A DNA stretch of 30,191 nt. It comes from Planctomycetaceae bacterium (GTDB taxonomy: Bacteria > Planctomycetota > Planctomycetia > Pirellulales > Thermoguttaceae). A program made the position numbers and the translations under genes. The notes beneath the pieces were generated by a model. That model was given only the letters and a program-made list of their open reading frames with translations. It was not told the DNA's origin and searched no databases. The DNA lies in NCBI GenBank assembly GCA_031261125.1, contig JAISJZ010000094.1, positions 1-30,191 of the forward strand, in the 5' to 3' direction. Shown here piece after piece: positions 16,392 through 25,505 of this stretch; positions within the stretch are counted from its first letter, which is position 1, and each line of letters opens with the position of its first letter.

Positions 16392-18908
16392 CTACGGTTT
16401 GAATAGATAACCGCTCAAATCAATCCTTCTTAACAGTACATCTAATATGAACAGAAATGCCGCTGCCGTTAGCAAATACGCAGAAAGCGGCAGCACCCGC
16501 CAAGCCGAACGGTGCGGCACGTCCGCAAACACGTCCTCCGGTTTCGGGTTGAATTTGCCGCCGGTACGTTCTGCCAACTCCTTCATCAGCGTTTCATTCG
16601 CCGGCTTGACCCGTAACTCCTCTGGATAATTCCGCATTATGCTCCGTGTTTGATTTACCAACGCCGCACCGTCCTTCTGCAAAAGAACAGAAACGGTACA
16701 AGAGGCAGGAAACGCGGTTTCCCGCCCGTTGAGTGCCGATTCCGTTTCGTAGCGTCCCGGTGCCGTTTGGACGAGGGGAAAACTGTTTTTTCCGCCGTTG
16801 TTAAAGAGGGTAATTACCCCTTCGGCACCGTCAATGAAATTCTCGTTATCGTCAACCGCATCCAGCGTGATATGAACCGTGCCGTGCTTCTGTTCAACAT
16901 TTAACACCGCATTGCGTCCTTCGGATTTTCGGGCAATCCGGCGGATGACCTGCGCCCAAAACGTTCCGTAAGAATCCCACGTCAGCCATTCCGCCGCCCA
17001 TTTCGCTTTCACGTCCGATGTAAAAGCGGCGGACATTCCCAAGCCGAAACGCCGCCAAAGCAGCAGCGGTTGACTGCTTTCCGTCGCCAGGATAAACATA
17101 CTTGCCGGTTTCGCTCTTGTTTCAACGAAGCCGAGCAGCGGCGGGGCGGTCTCAATATCAATGCCGGTCAGAATTTCCGTCGGCGTAACCAGCATCGGTA
17201 CAAACGGTTCTTCCTTCATTGACGATTTACTTGCCGTCAATGTTTCTTTCGCAAACACCTGCGGTATCATCTGCGGGTCGGTACAAACATAGTTCCGTCC
17301 TTTGCCCTTTTCGGCAATTTTTTTTAACAGGGCATTATCCGCTTCACCGACACCGACGGTCGAGACCGTAATTTGGTCAGCAACGATGCCCCGCAGCGTT
17401 CCGTCCGCGTCGCCCGGCATACTGTATCCGTCTGTCAACAAAATGATATGCTTCAATTTTGCCGAAACACGCCGGAGTTGATTGTATGCTTCGTTCAACG
17501 CCGGATAAATGTTCGTTCCGCCCGCCGCTTCAATCGTGGAAATCGCTGACCGTACCGGCACAAGCGAAGCCGCACTTTTTATCGGACTGACCGGATACGC
17601 CTCATTGTCAAACGCCACAACGGCAACAAAATCTTTCGGCGTTAATAAATCAACGGCTGCTTTTGCCGCTTCTTTTGCCAATTCCATTTTTTGTCCGCCC
17701 ATTGAACCGGAACGGTCAACGACAAGAGCGAGAGCAAACGACGGCTTTTCTTTTTCTTTTTCGTAATCACACCAAACCGGCAGGATTTCCTCGACCGGTG
17801 TTTTGTAATAACCGCCGGGACCGAAGGATTGTTCGCCGCCGAGCATCAGCAGACCGCCGCCGAGTTCGCCGACGTAGGTCCGCAGTGCTTCCATTTGTGT
17901 TTGCGAAAACGCCGTTGCCGGTATATTGGAAAGAATCACCGCATCGTACTTGTCATACTCTTCGAGACCGTCAGCAACGGCATTGTTGTTTTTTGCGCTG
18001 CCGGTTATCACTGTCATTCCTTGTTCCCGCAGTGCCGCCGTAAAGTCCCGAAGCGTTTTTGTATCAGGGTCGAGAATCAGTACCCTTGGTTTTCCGCCGG
18101 TAAAAAGAATGTTCGACGCTTTATTGTTTTCGGCAAGCGTATCGAGCGGACTGTTGAGCGTTGCTGTAAATTCTGTTTGCCGTTCCTCATCAGCAACTTG
18201 TTTGAACCGAAAAATGTTTTCGCCTTTTTTCAATTTTTTCCGTTCTTCGGCGATTTTGAATTCGTTCCGGTACAACGAGATAATCCCTTCGGTATCAACG
18301 GTGCTTTCGACGACAACATCAGCATAAAACGGTTCACCCTTTTGGACAGCCGGCGGCAGTTTTACTTCCGCCAACTGGACTTCGGGCTTGGACGATGCGG
18401 GCAGGACAACGGTCGAAATGATAGGCGGATTGAAATCCGCCGCTAACACATTGCCTTCCGTTTCATTTCCATCGCTTAACAAGATGATATGCGGTACATA
18501 ACCGGCAGGAATCTGTGCTTCGGCATACTTGAGTGCTTCTTCGATGTTCGTATGAGCGGCAGAACCCGTTCCGCCGAACGGAACAACCGTGATTTTCCCG
18601 CCGTTTGCTTTTTGTGTTGCTGCCAAAAACACTTCCGCTTTTTCGGCGGCGGCTGCGTCAATGCTTTGACTTCGGTCAACGAGAAACACTGTTTTCGTCT
18701 GATGCGTAGCATACAGAATCGTCAAACCGGACAGCGAAAGAGTGAGAAGAACGAAAATTGTCAGCCGGACGGCGAACGATGCCCGCCGCTGCGTTTTGGA
18801 AAAGTCAACAAGCGACCGGCGGTACGTCCCATAGAGAACGCCCGTAAAGAGCAGCAAAAACAAAAATCGGGATTGTTCAAATTCAAAGGAAATCACTTGA
18901 CCGGACAT
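16392..18908 (-). CDS. Membrane protein with two VWA domains and a GATase1-like (DUF1355-type) domain
   Basis: MIDAS motifs VFLVDRSQSI and LVVDRSGSMGG, GGTNIYPAL, IILLTDG; YDAVILSNIPA..LGGGLLMLGGEQSFGPGGYYKTPVEEILPV; N- and C-terminal TM helices. Confidence 0.8.
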   Translation of the reverse strand: MSGQVISFEFEQSRFLFLLLFTGVLYGTYRRSLVDFSKTQRRASFAVRLTIFVLLTLSLSGLTILYATHQTKTVFLVDRSQSIDAAAAEKAEVFLAATQKANGGKITVVPFGGTGSAAHTNIEEALKYAEAQIPAGYVPHIILLSDGNETEGNVLAADFNPPIISTVVLPASSKPEVQLAEVKLPPAVQKGEPFYADVVVESTVDTEGIISLYRNEFKIAEERKKLKKGENIFRFKQVADEERQTEFTATLNSPLDTLAENNKASNILFTGGKPRVLILDPDTKTLRDFTAALREQGMTVITGSAKNNNAVADGLEEYDKYDAVILSNIPATAFSQTQMEALRTYVGELGGGLLMLGGEQSFGPGGYYKTPVEEILPVWCDYEKEKEKPSFALALVVDRSGSMGGQKMELAKEAAKAAVDLLTPKDFVAVVAFDNEAYPVSPIKSAASLVPVRSAISTIEAAGGTNIYPALNEAYNQLRRVSAKLKHIILLTDGYSMPGDADGTLRGIVADQITVSTVGVGEADNALLKKIAEKGKGRNYVCTDPQMIPQVFAKETLTASKSSMKEEPFVPMLVTPTEILTGIDIETAPPLLGFVETRAKPASMFILATESSQPLLLWRRFGLGMSAAFTSDVKAKWAAEWLTWDSYGTFWAQVIRRIARKSEGRNAVLNVEQKHGTVHITLDAVDDNENFIDGAEGVITLFNNGGKNSFPLVQTAPGRYETESALNGRETAFPASCTVSVLLQKDGAALVNQTRSIMRNYPEELRVKPANETLMKELAERTGGKFNPKPEDVFADVPHRSAWRVLPLSAYLLTAAAFLFILDVLLRRIDLSGYLFKP

Positions 18909-18999
18909 CCATTAAACCAAAACAGGCGGTTCAAAACAAGAGGGTTGCCCCTTGCCGGTCAACTCATTTTCCTATAAAATAGGGGGAAACCGTTAATCA

Positions 19000-19023
19000 T
19001 TTAGCCGCTCGGCTAAACTTTTT
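19000..19023 (+). promoter_or_regulatory. Perfect inverted repeat followed by a T-run in the ketosynthase-like gene leader (terminator-like or operator)
   Basis: TTTAGCCG-CT-CGGCTAAA followed by CTTTTT, 32 nt before the ATG at 19056. Confidence 0.35.
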
Positions 19024-19055
19024 ACCCTCCGTAAGCGGAACCGGGGCTAATTTCG

Positions 19056-20327
19056 ATGAAAACAGAAACCGTTTTGACTGGTCTGGGCATTCTTTCGCCG
19101 GTCGGGAACGATAAAGAATCGTTCCGTAATGCACTGTTGAACGGACAAAGCGGTATCGGTTTCCTCAACATTCAGACGGCAAACGACACTCTGCGTCCGA
19201 TGGGCAGCGAAGTTGCCGACTTTCACCCGAAGGACTACGTTAAGCCGAAGAAAAATATCAAGGTGATGAGCAGGGATATTCAGTTGGCGTTCGTTTCGTC
19301 CTGTTTAGCGTGTAGTGATGCGAACCTCATCACCGAGGGCGAAGGGCGGACAGTTGACCCTGAACGGTTCGGTACGGTCTTTGGTTCCGATTTAATCGGT
19401 ACGGAAGTTGATTTACTGCTTGACGCGTTCCGCGCCGGTATCAAGGACGGGAAATACGATTTCAGCACTTGGGGGCAGGCGGCGATGAAAGAGATTTATC
19501 CGCTGTGGATGCTGAAATTTCTGCCGAATATGCCGGCGTGTCAGATTGCGATAGGACACGATGCCCGCGGTCCGAACAATGCCGTTACAATGTGCCGGTG
19601 TTCAAGTTTGGCGGCTCTTACCGAGGCGGTGCGGGTCATTGAACGGGGAGCGGCAGACGTAATGCTCGCCGGCGGCTGCGGTAACCGAATCAATCAGGAT
19701 TTTCAAACCCGGACAAAAGCGTATCTCACCGCGGAACGCCGGAATAACCCCGATTCTGTACCGCGTCCGTTTGATGCGGCACGCTGCGGCAGCATCATCG
19801 GCGAAGGTTCCGGGACGTTTGTGTTGGAGAATAAAGAGTATGCCGAAAAACGCGGGGCAAGAATTTACGCTAAAATCCGCGGTTTCGGTACGGCAATAGA
19901 ACCGGTGCTGCACAAGAGCAAGCCGAGCGGCGCGGCAATCCGCCGGGCAATCACCCTTGCTCTTAACGAAGCGGGTTTATCACCGGCAGACATTGGTTTC
20001 GTCAATGCCGACGGTACCGGAACGGAACACGAAGACCGGATTGAAGCGGAGTCCATTCGGGACATTTTGGGCGATGTTCCGGTGATGTCGAACAAGGGCA
20101 ACTTCGGGGACCTTGGCAGCGGTACCGGTGCGGTGGAATTGGCATCCGCGGTCTTGGCGTTGCAGGACGGCTTAATTCCGCCGACGCGGAACCACACGCA
20201 GACAGCGGCGGATTGTCCGGTCAATGTCGTTCACGGGCAGCCGGCAGCGTTGAATAAACCGGTTGCGTTAAAGTTGAATCAGACCCGTTTGGGACGTTCG
20301 TTTGCCGTGATTCTGGAAAAGTATTAA
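19056..20327 (+). CDS. Beta-ketoacyl-ACP synthase (FabF/KAS II fold) homolog lacking the catalytic triad; chain-length-factor-like
   Basis: VLTGLGILSPVG, MLKFLPNMPA, GPNN, PRPFDAARCGSIIGEGSG, GFVNADGTG, SNKGNFGD; Cys->Arg, His->Asp, His->Asp by motif alignment. Confidence 0.85.
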   Translation: MKTETVLTGLGILSPVGNDKESFRNALLNGQSGIGFLNIQTANDTLRPMGSEVADFHPKDYVKPKKNIKVMSRDIQLAFVSSCLACSDANLITEGEGRTVDPERFGTVFGSDLIGTEVDLLLDAFRAGIKDGKYDFSTWGQAAMKEIYPLWMLKFLPNMPACQIAIGHDARGPNNAVTMCRCSSLAALTEAVRVIERGAADVMLAGGCGNRINQDFQTRTKAYLTAERRNNPDSVPRPFDAARCGSIIGEGSGTFVLENKEYAEKRGARIYAKIRGFGTAIEPVLHKSKPSGAAIRRAITLALNEAGLSPADIGFVNADGTGTEHEDRIEAESIRDILGDVPVMSNKGNFGDLGSGTGAVELASAVLALQDGLIPPTRNHTQTAADCPVNVVHGQPAALNKPVALKLNQTRLGRSFAVILEKY

Positions 20328-20332
20328 CATTT

Positions 20333-21535
20333 TTAACTCAACACGCTTGCCCCTTGTGCCGGCTTCGTAGCAAAAATCGTCGGCTCCTTACCGACTTTCT
20401 TTTGGTACTGCTCTGTTATCCGTTCCGTAATGCTGCCGATTTTCGCCGTTTCAACCAGTGATACGGTACAGCCGCCGAAACCGCCGCCGGTCATTCTGCT
20501 GCCGATGGTGCCGTCTGTGTCTTTCGCAATTTCGACTAACGCGTCAATTTCGGGACAGGTAATTTCAAAATCGTTCTTCATCGACTCGTGGCTTGCATAC
20601 ATCAACTCGCCGCAGCGTTTCCAGTTTTTCGCCGTCAACGCTTCACCGAACGCAACCGTCCGGTCGTCCTCCGTAATGACGTGTTTCGCCCGGCGGAAAC
20701 ATATTTCTCCCTCTTTTTCCTTGCCGAACAATGATTTTGCCGCTTCCAATCCCGCCAGTGTTCCGTCCCGAAGCAGTTCAACGCCGAGCAACTTTGCTGC
20801 CGTTTCGCACTGCCGCCGCCGGTCGGGATATTCACTGCCCGTCAATTCGTGTTTCACGTTGCTGTTGACAATCAGCACCGAAACATCCGGGTCGTCTAAC
20901 GGGAACATTTTCGGTTCGCAACTGCGGCAATCGAGCAGCATCGCTTTGCCCGCCTGACCGAGAATCGAAATGAACTGGTCCATAATGCCGCACGGCATCT
21001 TGGCGTAATGATGTTCCGCCTTTTGGCAGAGCAACGCTTTTTCCACCCGGTCAAGTGTTGTTCCGCTCAACACTTCGGCGAGCGTTGCCGTTGCCGCTTC
21101 GAGGGATGCACTGCTGGACAAACCGCCGCCGAGCGGAACGTTGGAATTCACCACGGCACTGAACGGCGGTAATTTCAAGCCCGCCTCAACGCAGTATTGC
21201 AAGGTTCCCTGAATGTAGGACGACCAAACAACATCCGATTTGCTTTTCGGCGGTTGAGAAGAACCGTCAACGAGAACCAGTGCCGCTTCGCCCTTGGCGG
21301 TACTGAACACTTCTGCACTGTTTGCACGGGACCTTGCGGTTGACGAGCGGAATCTGAATCCGATGACGGTGTAGCGTTCGATTGCCATCGGAAAGACGAA
21401 ACCGCCGTTATAGTCGGTGTGTTCGCCGATGATGTTGACGCGGCCGGGAGCGGCAACAATATATTGCGGTAGGCTGCCGTACCGGGCGCGGAATTCCTGC
21501 TTCGTTGATTCGACAAGTTGCTGAAATGACGGCAT
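20333..21535 (-). CDS. galK: Galactokinase
   Basis: APGRVNIIGEHTDYNGG, VPLGGGLSSSASL, PCGIMDQ, GSRMTGGGFGGC. Confidence 0.95.
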   Translation of the reverse strand: MPSFQQLVESTKQEFRARYGSLPQYIVAAPGRVNIIGEHTDYNGGFVFPMAIERYTVIGFRFRSSTARSRANSAEVFSTAKGEAALVLVDGSSQPPKSKSDVVWSSYIQGTLQYCVEAGLKLPPFSAVVNSNVPLGGGLSSSASLEAATATLAEVLSGTTLDRVEKALLCQKAEHHYAKMPCGIMDQFISILGQAGKAMLLDCRSCEPKMFPLDDPDVSVLIVNSNVKHELTGSEYPDRRRQCETAAKLLGVELLRDGTLAGLEAAKSLFGKEKEGEICFRRAKHVITEDDRTVAFGEALTAKNWKRCGELMYASHESMKNDFEITCPEIDALVEIAKDTDGTIGSRMTGGGFGGCTVSLVETAKIGSITERITEQYQKKVGKEPTIFATKPAQGASVLS

Positions 21536-21536
21536 T

Positions 21537-21563
21537 GAATGAAAGGAATGAAAGGAAACGAAA
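21537..21563 (+). repeat. Short 9-bp tandem repeat between tkt and galK
   Basis: GAATGAAAG-GAATGAAAG-GAAACGAAA. Confidence 0.5.
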
Positions 21564-21605
21564 AACGGATTATACCCGAACTTTCTTCATTTTGCAATTC
21601 CCGTT

Positions 21606-23582
21606 TTACTTCAATGCGTTTTTCGCGGCGGCGGCGACGTTTTCAACCGTAAAGCCGAAGTGCTTCATCAATACGTCTGCCGGTGCCGATGCCCCGAAGC
21701 CGGTCATTCCGATAAATTGACCGTTATCGCCGATGTACTTTCGCCAACCCTGTTCAATGCCAAGTTCGACACCGACCCGCGCTTTCACTGACGGCGGTAA
21801 CACGCTGTCCTTGTATTCCTGCGGCTGCTGCTCGAACAATTCAAAACACGGCATCGAAACGACGCGAACTTTAATTCCCTCGGCATTTAACTTTTCGTAA
21901 ACGTCCAAACACAAACCAACTTCGCTGCCCGACGCAATTAAAATCACTTGCGGGTTTGTTGAATCCGCAACGACATATCCGCCTTTGTGAACGCCTTCCG
22001 CTTTGCCGAATTTTGTTCGGTCAATCGTCGGTAAATTCTGGCGAGTTAGCACCATCACGCTCGGCGTTTCCGTCAATGCGATTGCCGCTTTGTACGCCTC
22101 GGCAACTTCATTTGCGTCGGCAGGACGGAACACGGCAACATTCGGAATGGCTCTTAACGCCGCAAGATGTTCAACCGGTTGATGCGTTGGACCGTCTTCG
22201 CCGACACCAATCGAGTCGTGCGTGAAAATGAACAGCGTCGGTATTTTCATCAACGCCGCCAAGCGGATTGCCGGTCGGATATAATCGGAGAACACGAAGA
22301 ACGTCGCACAAAATCCCCGCAAACCGGAGAGCGTCAAACCGTTGGTAACCGCCCCCATTGCGTGTTCCCGAATACCGAAATGCAGATTGCGTCCTTCGGG
22401 ATGTTCCGGCGAAAAGGCGGGATAATCCTTGAGCCACGTGTTATTCGACGGCGCAAGGTCTGCCGAACCGCCGATTAAAAAATTATTCGCGTTGGGAATT
22501 TGATTCAACACCTTACCCGATGAAACGCGGCTTGCCATTCCCTTGGCATCGGCGGGAAACTCCCGGATGCCCTTCGTCATACTGTTGAACAAAGAGTCCT
22601 CTTGCCACAACGGGTCGCGAAGCGCAGAATGAACATCTTCCTGCTCTTCCAATTCTTTTGCCCGTTTGCCGATACCTTTTCGGAATGTTTCATAAACATC
22701 TTCCTCGACAACGAATTTTTTATCGGGGTCGAAACCGTAGAACTTTTTCGTTTCACGGATTTCCTCTTCACCGAGCGGTGCGCCGTGGGCTTCGTGCGAA
22801 CCGGCTTTGTGCGGCGAACCGTAAGCAATCACGCTCTTGACGATAACAAGCGTCGGCTTTTCGTCTTCCTTTTGGAACTTCTTGATTGCCTTCCGCAGTG
22901 CGTCGAGGTCGTTCACGTCATCGACTTTCAGCACATTCCAGCCGTATGCTTTGAACCGTTTTTCTACGTCTTCGGAAAACGCCAGATTCGTATTGCCTTC
23001 AATCGTGATACCGTTATCGTCGTAGAACCAGCACAGGTTATCGAGTTTCAGATGCCCCGCCAAACTTGCGGCTTCGGCGGTGATTCCTTCCATCATACAA
23101 CCGTCACCGCAGACGGCATAAACGTTATAATCGAATAACTCGTAGGAAAACCGTGCGCCGAGATGCTTTCCGGCGATTGCCATTCCGACAGACGTTGCCA
23201 CTCCCGCCCCAAGCGGTCCCGTAGTCATTTCGACACCGGTTGTATGACCGTATTCGGGGTGTCCGGCACATTTACTGCCGAATTGCCGGAAGTTCTTGAT
23301 GTCGTCGAGAGAAACCGCCGGTTTGCCGTATTCATCTTTTACCTCGCTCAAATGCAGCAGGGAGTAAAGCAGCATCGAAGCGTGTCCAATCGAAAGCACG
23401 AAGCGGTCGCGGTTGGGAAACTTCGCCTCTTTCGGGTCAAAGCACAAAAATTCGTTGAACAGAACGTATCCGAGCGGAGCGAGTGCCATTGCGGTTCCGG
23501 GGTGTCCGCTGTTTGCTTGCTGCACGGCATCCATTGCGAGACAACGAATCGTATCAATCGCTTTTTTTTCGGCAGGAGTCAT
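21606..23582 (-). CDS. tkt: Transketolase
   Basis: ANSGHPG, RDRFVLSIGH, GHPEYG, TTGPLG, GDGCMMEG, GGSADLAPSN, FGIREHAM, THDSIGVGEDGPTHQPVEH. Confidence 0.97.
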   Translation of the reverse strand: MTPAEKKAIDTIRCLAMDAVQQANSGHPGTAMALAPLGYVLFNEFLCFDPKEAKFPNRDRFVLSIGHASMLLYSLLHLSEVKDEYGKPAVSLDDIKNFRQFGSKCAGHPEYGHTTGVEMTTGPLGAGVATSVGMAIAGKHLGARFSYELFDYNVYAVCGDGCMMEGITAEAASLAGHLKLDNLCWFYDDNGITIEGNTNLAFSEDVEKRFKAYGWNVLKVDDVNDLDALRKAIKKFQKEDEKPTLVIVKSVIAYGSPHKAGSHEAHGAPLGEEEIRETKKFYGFDPDKKFVVEEDVYETFRKGIGKRAKELEEQEDVHSALRDPLWQEDSLFNSMTKGIREFPADAKGMASRVSSGKVLNQIPNANNFLIGGSADLAPSNNTWLKDYPAFSPEHPEGRNLHFGIREHAMGAVTNGLTLSGLRGFCATFFVFSDYIRPAIRLAALMKIPTLFIFTHDSIGVGEDGPTHQPVEHLAALRAIPNVAVFRPADANEVAEAYKAAIALTETPSVMVLTRQNLPTIDRTKFGKAEGVHKGGYVVADSTNPQVILIASGSEVGLCLDVYEKLNAEGIKVRVVSMPCFELFEQQPQEYKDSVLPPSVKARVGVELGIEQGWRKYIGDNGQFIGMTGFGASAPADVLMKHFGFTVENVAAAAKNALK

Positions 23583-23593
23583 TGTGTAAGCCG

Positions 23594-23620
23594 TAGTTGA
23601 TAGTCAATGGTCGTTAACAG
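23594..23620 (+). repeat. Degenerate heptamer array just upstream of tkt
   Basis: TAGTTGA-TAGTCAA-TGGTCGT-TAACAG. Confidence 0.4.
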
Positions 23621-23651
23621 CGGCGCATTATCACCGATTGGACGGCGGCTG

Positions 23652-25028
23652 TCAATGTGTAAGGCGTACTGTGAACGGCTTCGGATTGTTCGGATAAGAA
23701 ACGCTGACCGTACCGCCGCCGTCGTCTGTCTTGATAGTGTACTCTTTACCGTACAGCGGTTCAATCTTGAACGCCGCGGGCTGTCCCAGCGCAACTTGCA
23801 TCGCCGACACGGCGGTTTCACACTTCGTCCGGTCTAACGCACAATACTCCATCAGGTCGGTAATACCGCGGAGGAGAAAACCGGCAATCACCGGTTCGCT
23901 GTCCGTTCCCCATTTTGCCCGCAGTTGGTCTTCCATCTGATTCAACGCCGTCAAACGTTTGTAAAACGGTTTCTCCGATTCGTCAATCACCGTCCGCATC
24001 GCTTGGAGGTAAAACACTTCATCGGCGGACAATTTTTTCAACAGTCCTTTGTTGACAGTATCGTAAATGCCGCGTTCGTACAGTTCGGCAATTTCATCTT
24101 CTTCGAGGGCTTTGTCAAGACCGTACTGCATTATTTCATTATACACTTTCAATCCGCTGGCGCGGTCGCCGACCCACATCTCACTGTCCGGTGTCCAATG
24201 GTCGAGTTGTTCCTTCATCATTTCGTAAAGGAACTGTACATCGCTCTTTTGCAACTTTGGATGAAGCAGAACGGCTTGCAGAACATCGACGGCGTGCAGC
24301 CGTATTTGGGCTGCCTTTGTGCGGGTACCGGGGCTGCGGACTTCGGCGGCAAGTTGTGCTATGCGGAATATGTACGCCAATGCCTCCGCCGCTTTGCCGA
24401 CCGCTCCGTCCTGCAACGCTTGGGCAACCGCAAACTCTTCCAGAAGCATATAATCGGCGAGGTAATCGGCGGCTTTGGTAACGGGAGCGGTACCGGTTTC
24501 AGATTCAACAAATTCAAAGGAAAAACAAACGCTGCTGCGTTCAAGCATCTTCCGAATGTTAAGCCGTTTCGTATCCGTGCGGGTCAGAATATCTTTAACG
24601 TCTTGCAGCGTGGCACTGTCGATTTTCCAATCGCCGTAAGAAACACCGGCGCGGAGTGTTTCGATTTCGCCGGGATTTTCGTCGTAGATACGGAACGCCC
24701 TGTCTAATTCGGTGGCGATATTATTGTCCGGCGGAACATCTTCGGCGAAAATGTCGGCAGGCGTTCCGTTTTCTTTGATAACCTTTTTGATTTCCCCGAT
24801 AAGTTCCGGGTTTTTCTCTTTTCGGGTGGCTTCGAGTCCGTTGAATTTCTCTTTCGGCAGCACTTCGCCGCCGTATTCAACGGTTTTCGGCTGGGCGGCG
24901 TTGTACTTATCCGTGCGGCGTTGCGAACTGCCGACGATAGCGTACAAGATAATCGCCAGCAGCAGGATACCGCCCAGAACAATATGCCCTTGGGACGACC
25001 AGTCGAATTTCTCATTCTCTTGTTTCAT
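23652..25028 (-). CDS. Hypothetical N-terminally anchored alpha-helical protein
   Basis: 458-aa ORF in the minus-strand gene run; single TM (IVLGGILLLAIILYAIVG); shares a helical motif with the 8526 protein. Confidence 0.75.
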   Translation of the reverse strand: MKQENEKFDWSSQGHIVLGGILLLAIILYAIVGSSQRRTDKYNAAQPKTVEYGGEVLPKEKFNGLEATRKEKNPELIGEIKKVIKENGTPADIFAEDVPPDNNIATELDRAFRIYDENPGEIETLRAGVSYGDWKIDSATLQDVKDILTRTDTKRLNIRKMLERSSVCFSFEFVESETGTAPVTKAADYLADYMLLEEFAVAQALQDGAVGKAAEALAYIFRIAQLAAEVRSPGTRTKAAQIRLHAVDVLQAVLLHPKLQKSDVQFLYEMMKEQLDHWTPDSEMWVGDRASGLKVYNEIMQYGLDKALEEDEIAELYERGIYDTVNKGLLKKLSADEVFYLQAMRTVIDESEKPFYKRLTALNQMEDQLRAKWGTDSEPVIAGFLLRGITDLMEYCALDRTKCETAVSAMQVALGQPAAFKIEPLYGKEYTIKTDDGGGTVSVSYPNNPKPFTVRLTH

Positions 25029-25064
25029 AAGTGCTTCGGATTTTATCGTTTCGTTTGACCTGTG

Positions 25065-25505
25065 TCAACGTGAAACCCGGTTCCCCGCAACTTCGTCCAT
25101 CTCAACCGTTTCCCGCCTTGTCTGTTCGGCGTTGTATATTTCCCGTTTTTTCTCTTTGAGTTTTTCAACCGTCTTCAATTCCTTGTTCGCTTCAATGACG
25201 ATTTGCCTGCGGCGTTCGATTTCCTCGTCAAGTATTCTGATTTTTTCATCGCAGTCGTTCCTGTCCGCCAGAAGATACATTTCCTGCCGCCGCAGTCCGA
25301 GAAGAAAATCGACATTGACCGCTTTGCCCGGCTGAATCATTGTACGTCCGTTCTCCAAGACGCTTTTTAAGGCACTGTCAATCTCGGTGCGTTTTGTTTC
25401 TACAATCCGGCGGGCTTCGTAGGCCTTCGCCAACTCGCCCTGTTTTTTTTTCAGGACGTTATCGCGGATTGTTATCAACGGTTCAAGACGGAAAGAAAAA
25501 GGCAT
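25065..25505 (-). CDS. fliJ: Flagellar export chaperone FliJ
   Basis: FSFRLEPLITIR N-terminus, coiled coil, LKTVEKLKEKK...EMDE C-terminus; TAATG overlap with the fliI stop. Confidence 0.85.
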   Translation of the reverse strand: MPFSFRLEPLITIRDNVLKKKQGELAKAYEARRIVETKRTEIDSALKSVLENGRTMIQPGKAVNVDFLLGLRRQEMYLLADRNDCDEKIRILDEEIERRRQIVIEANKELKTVEKLKEKKREIYNAEQTRRETVEMDEVAGNRVSR

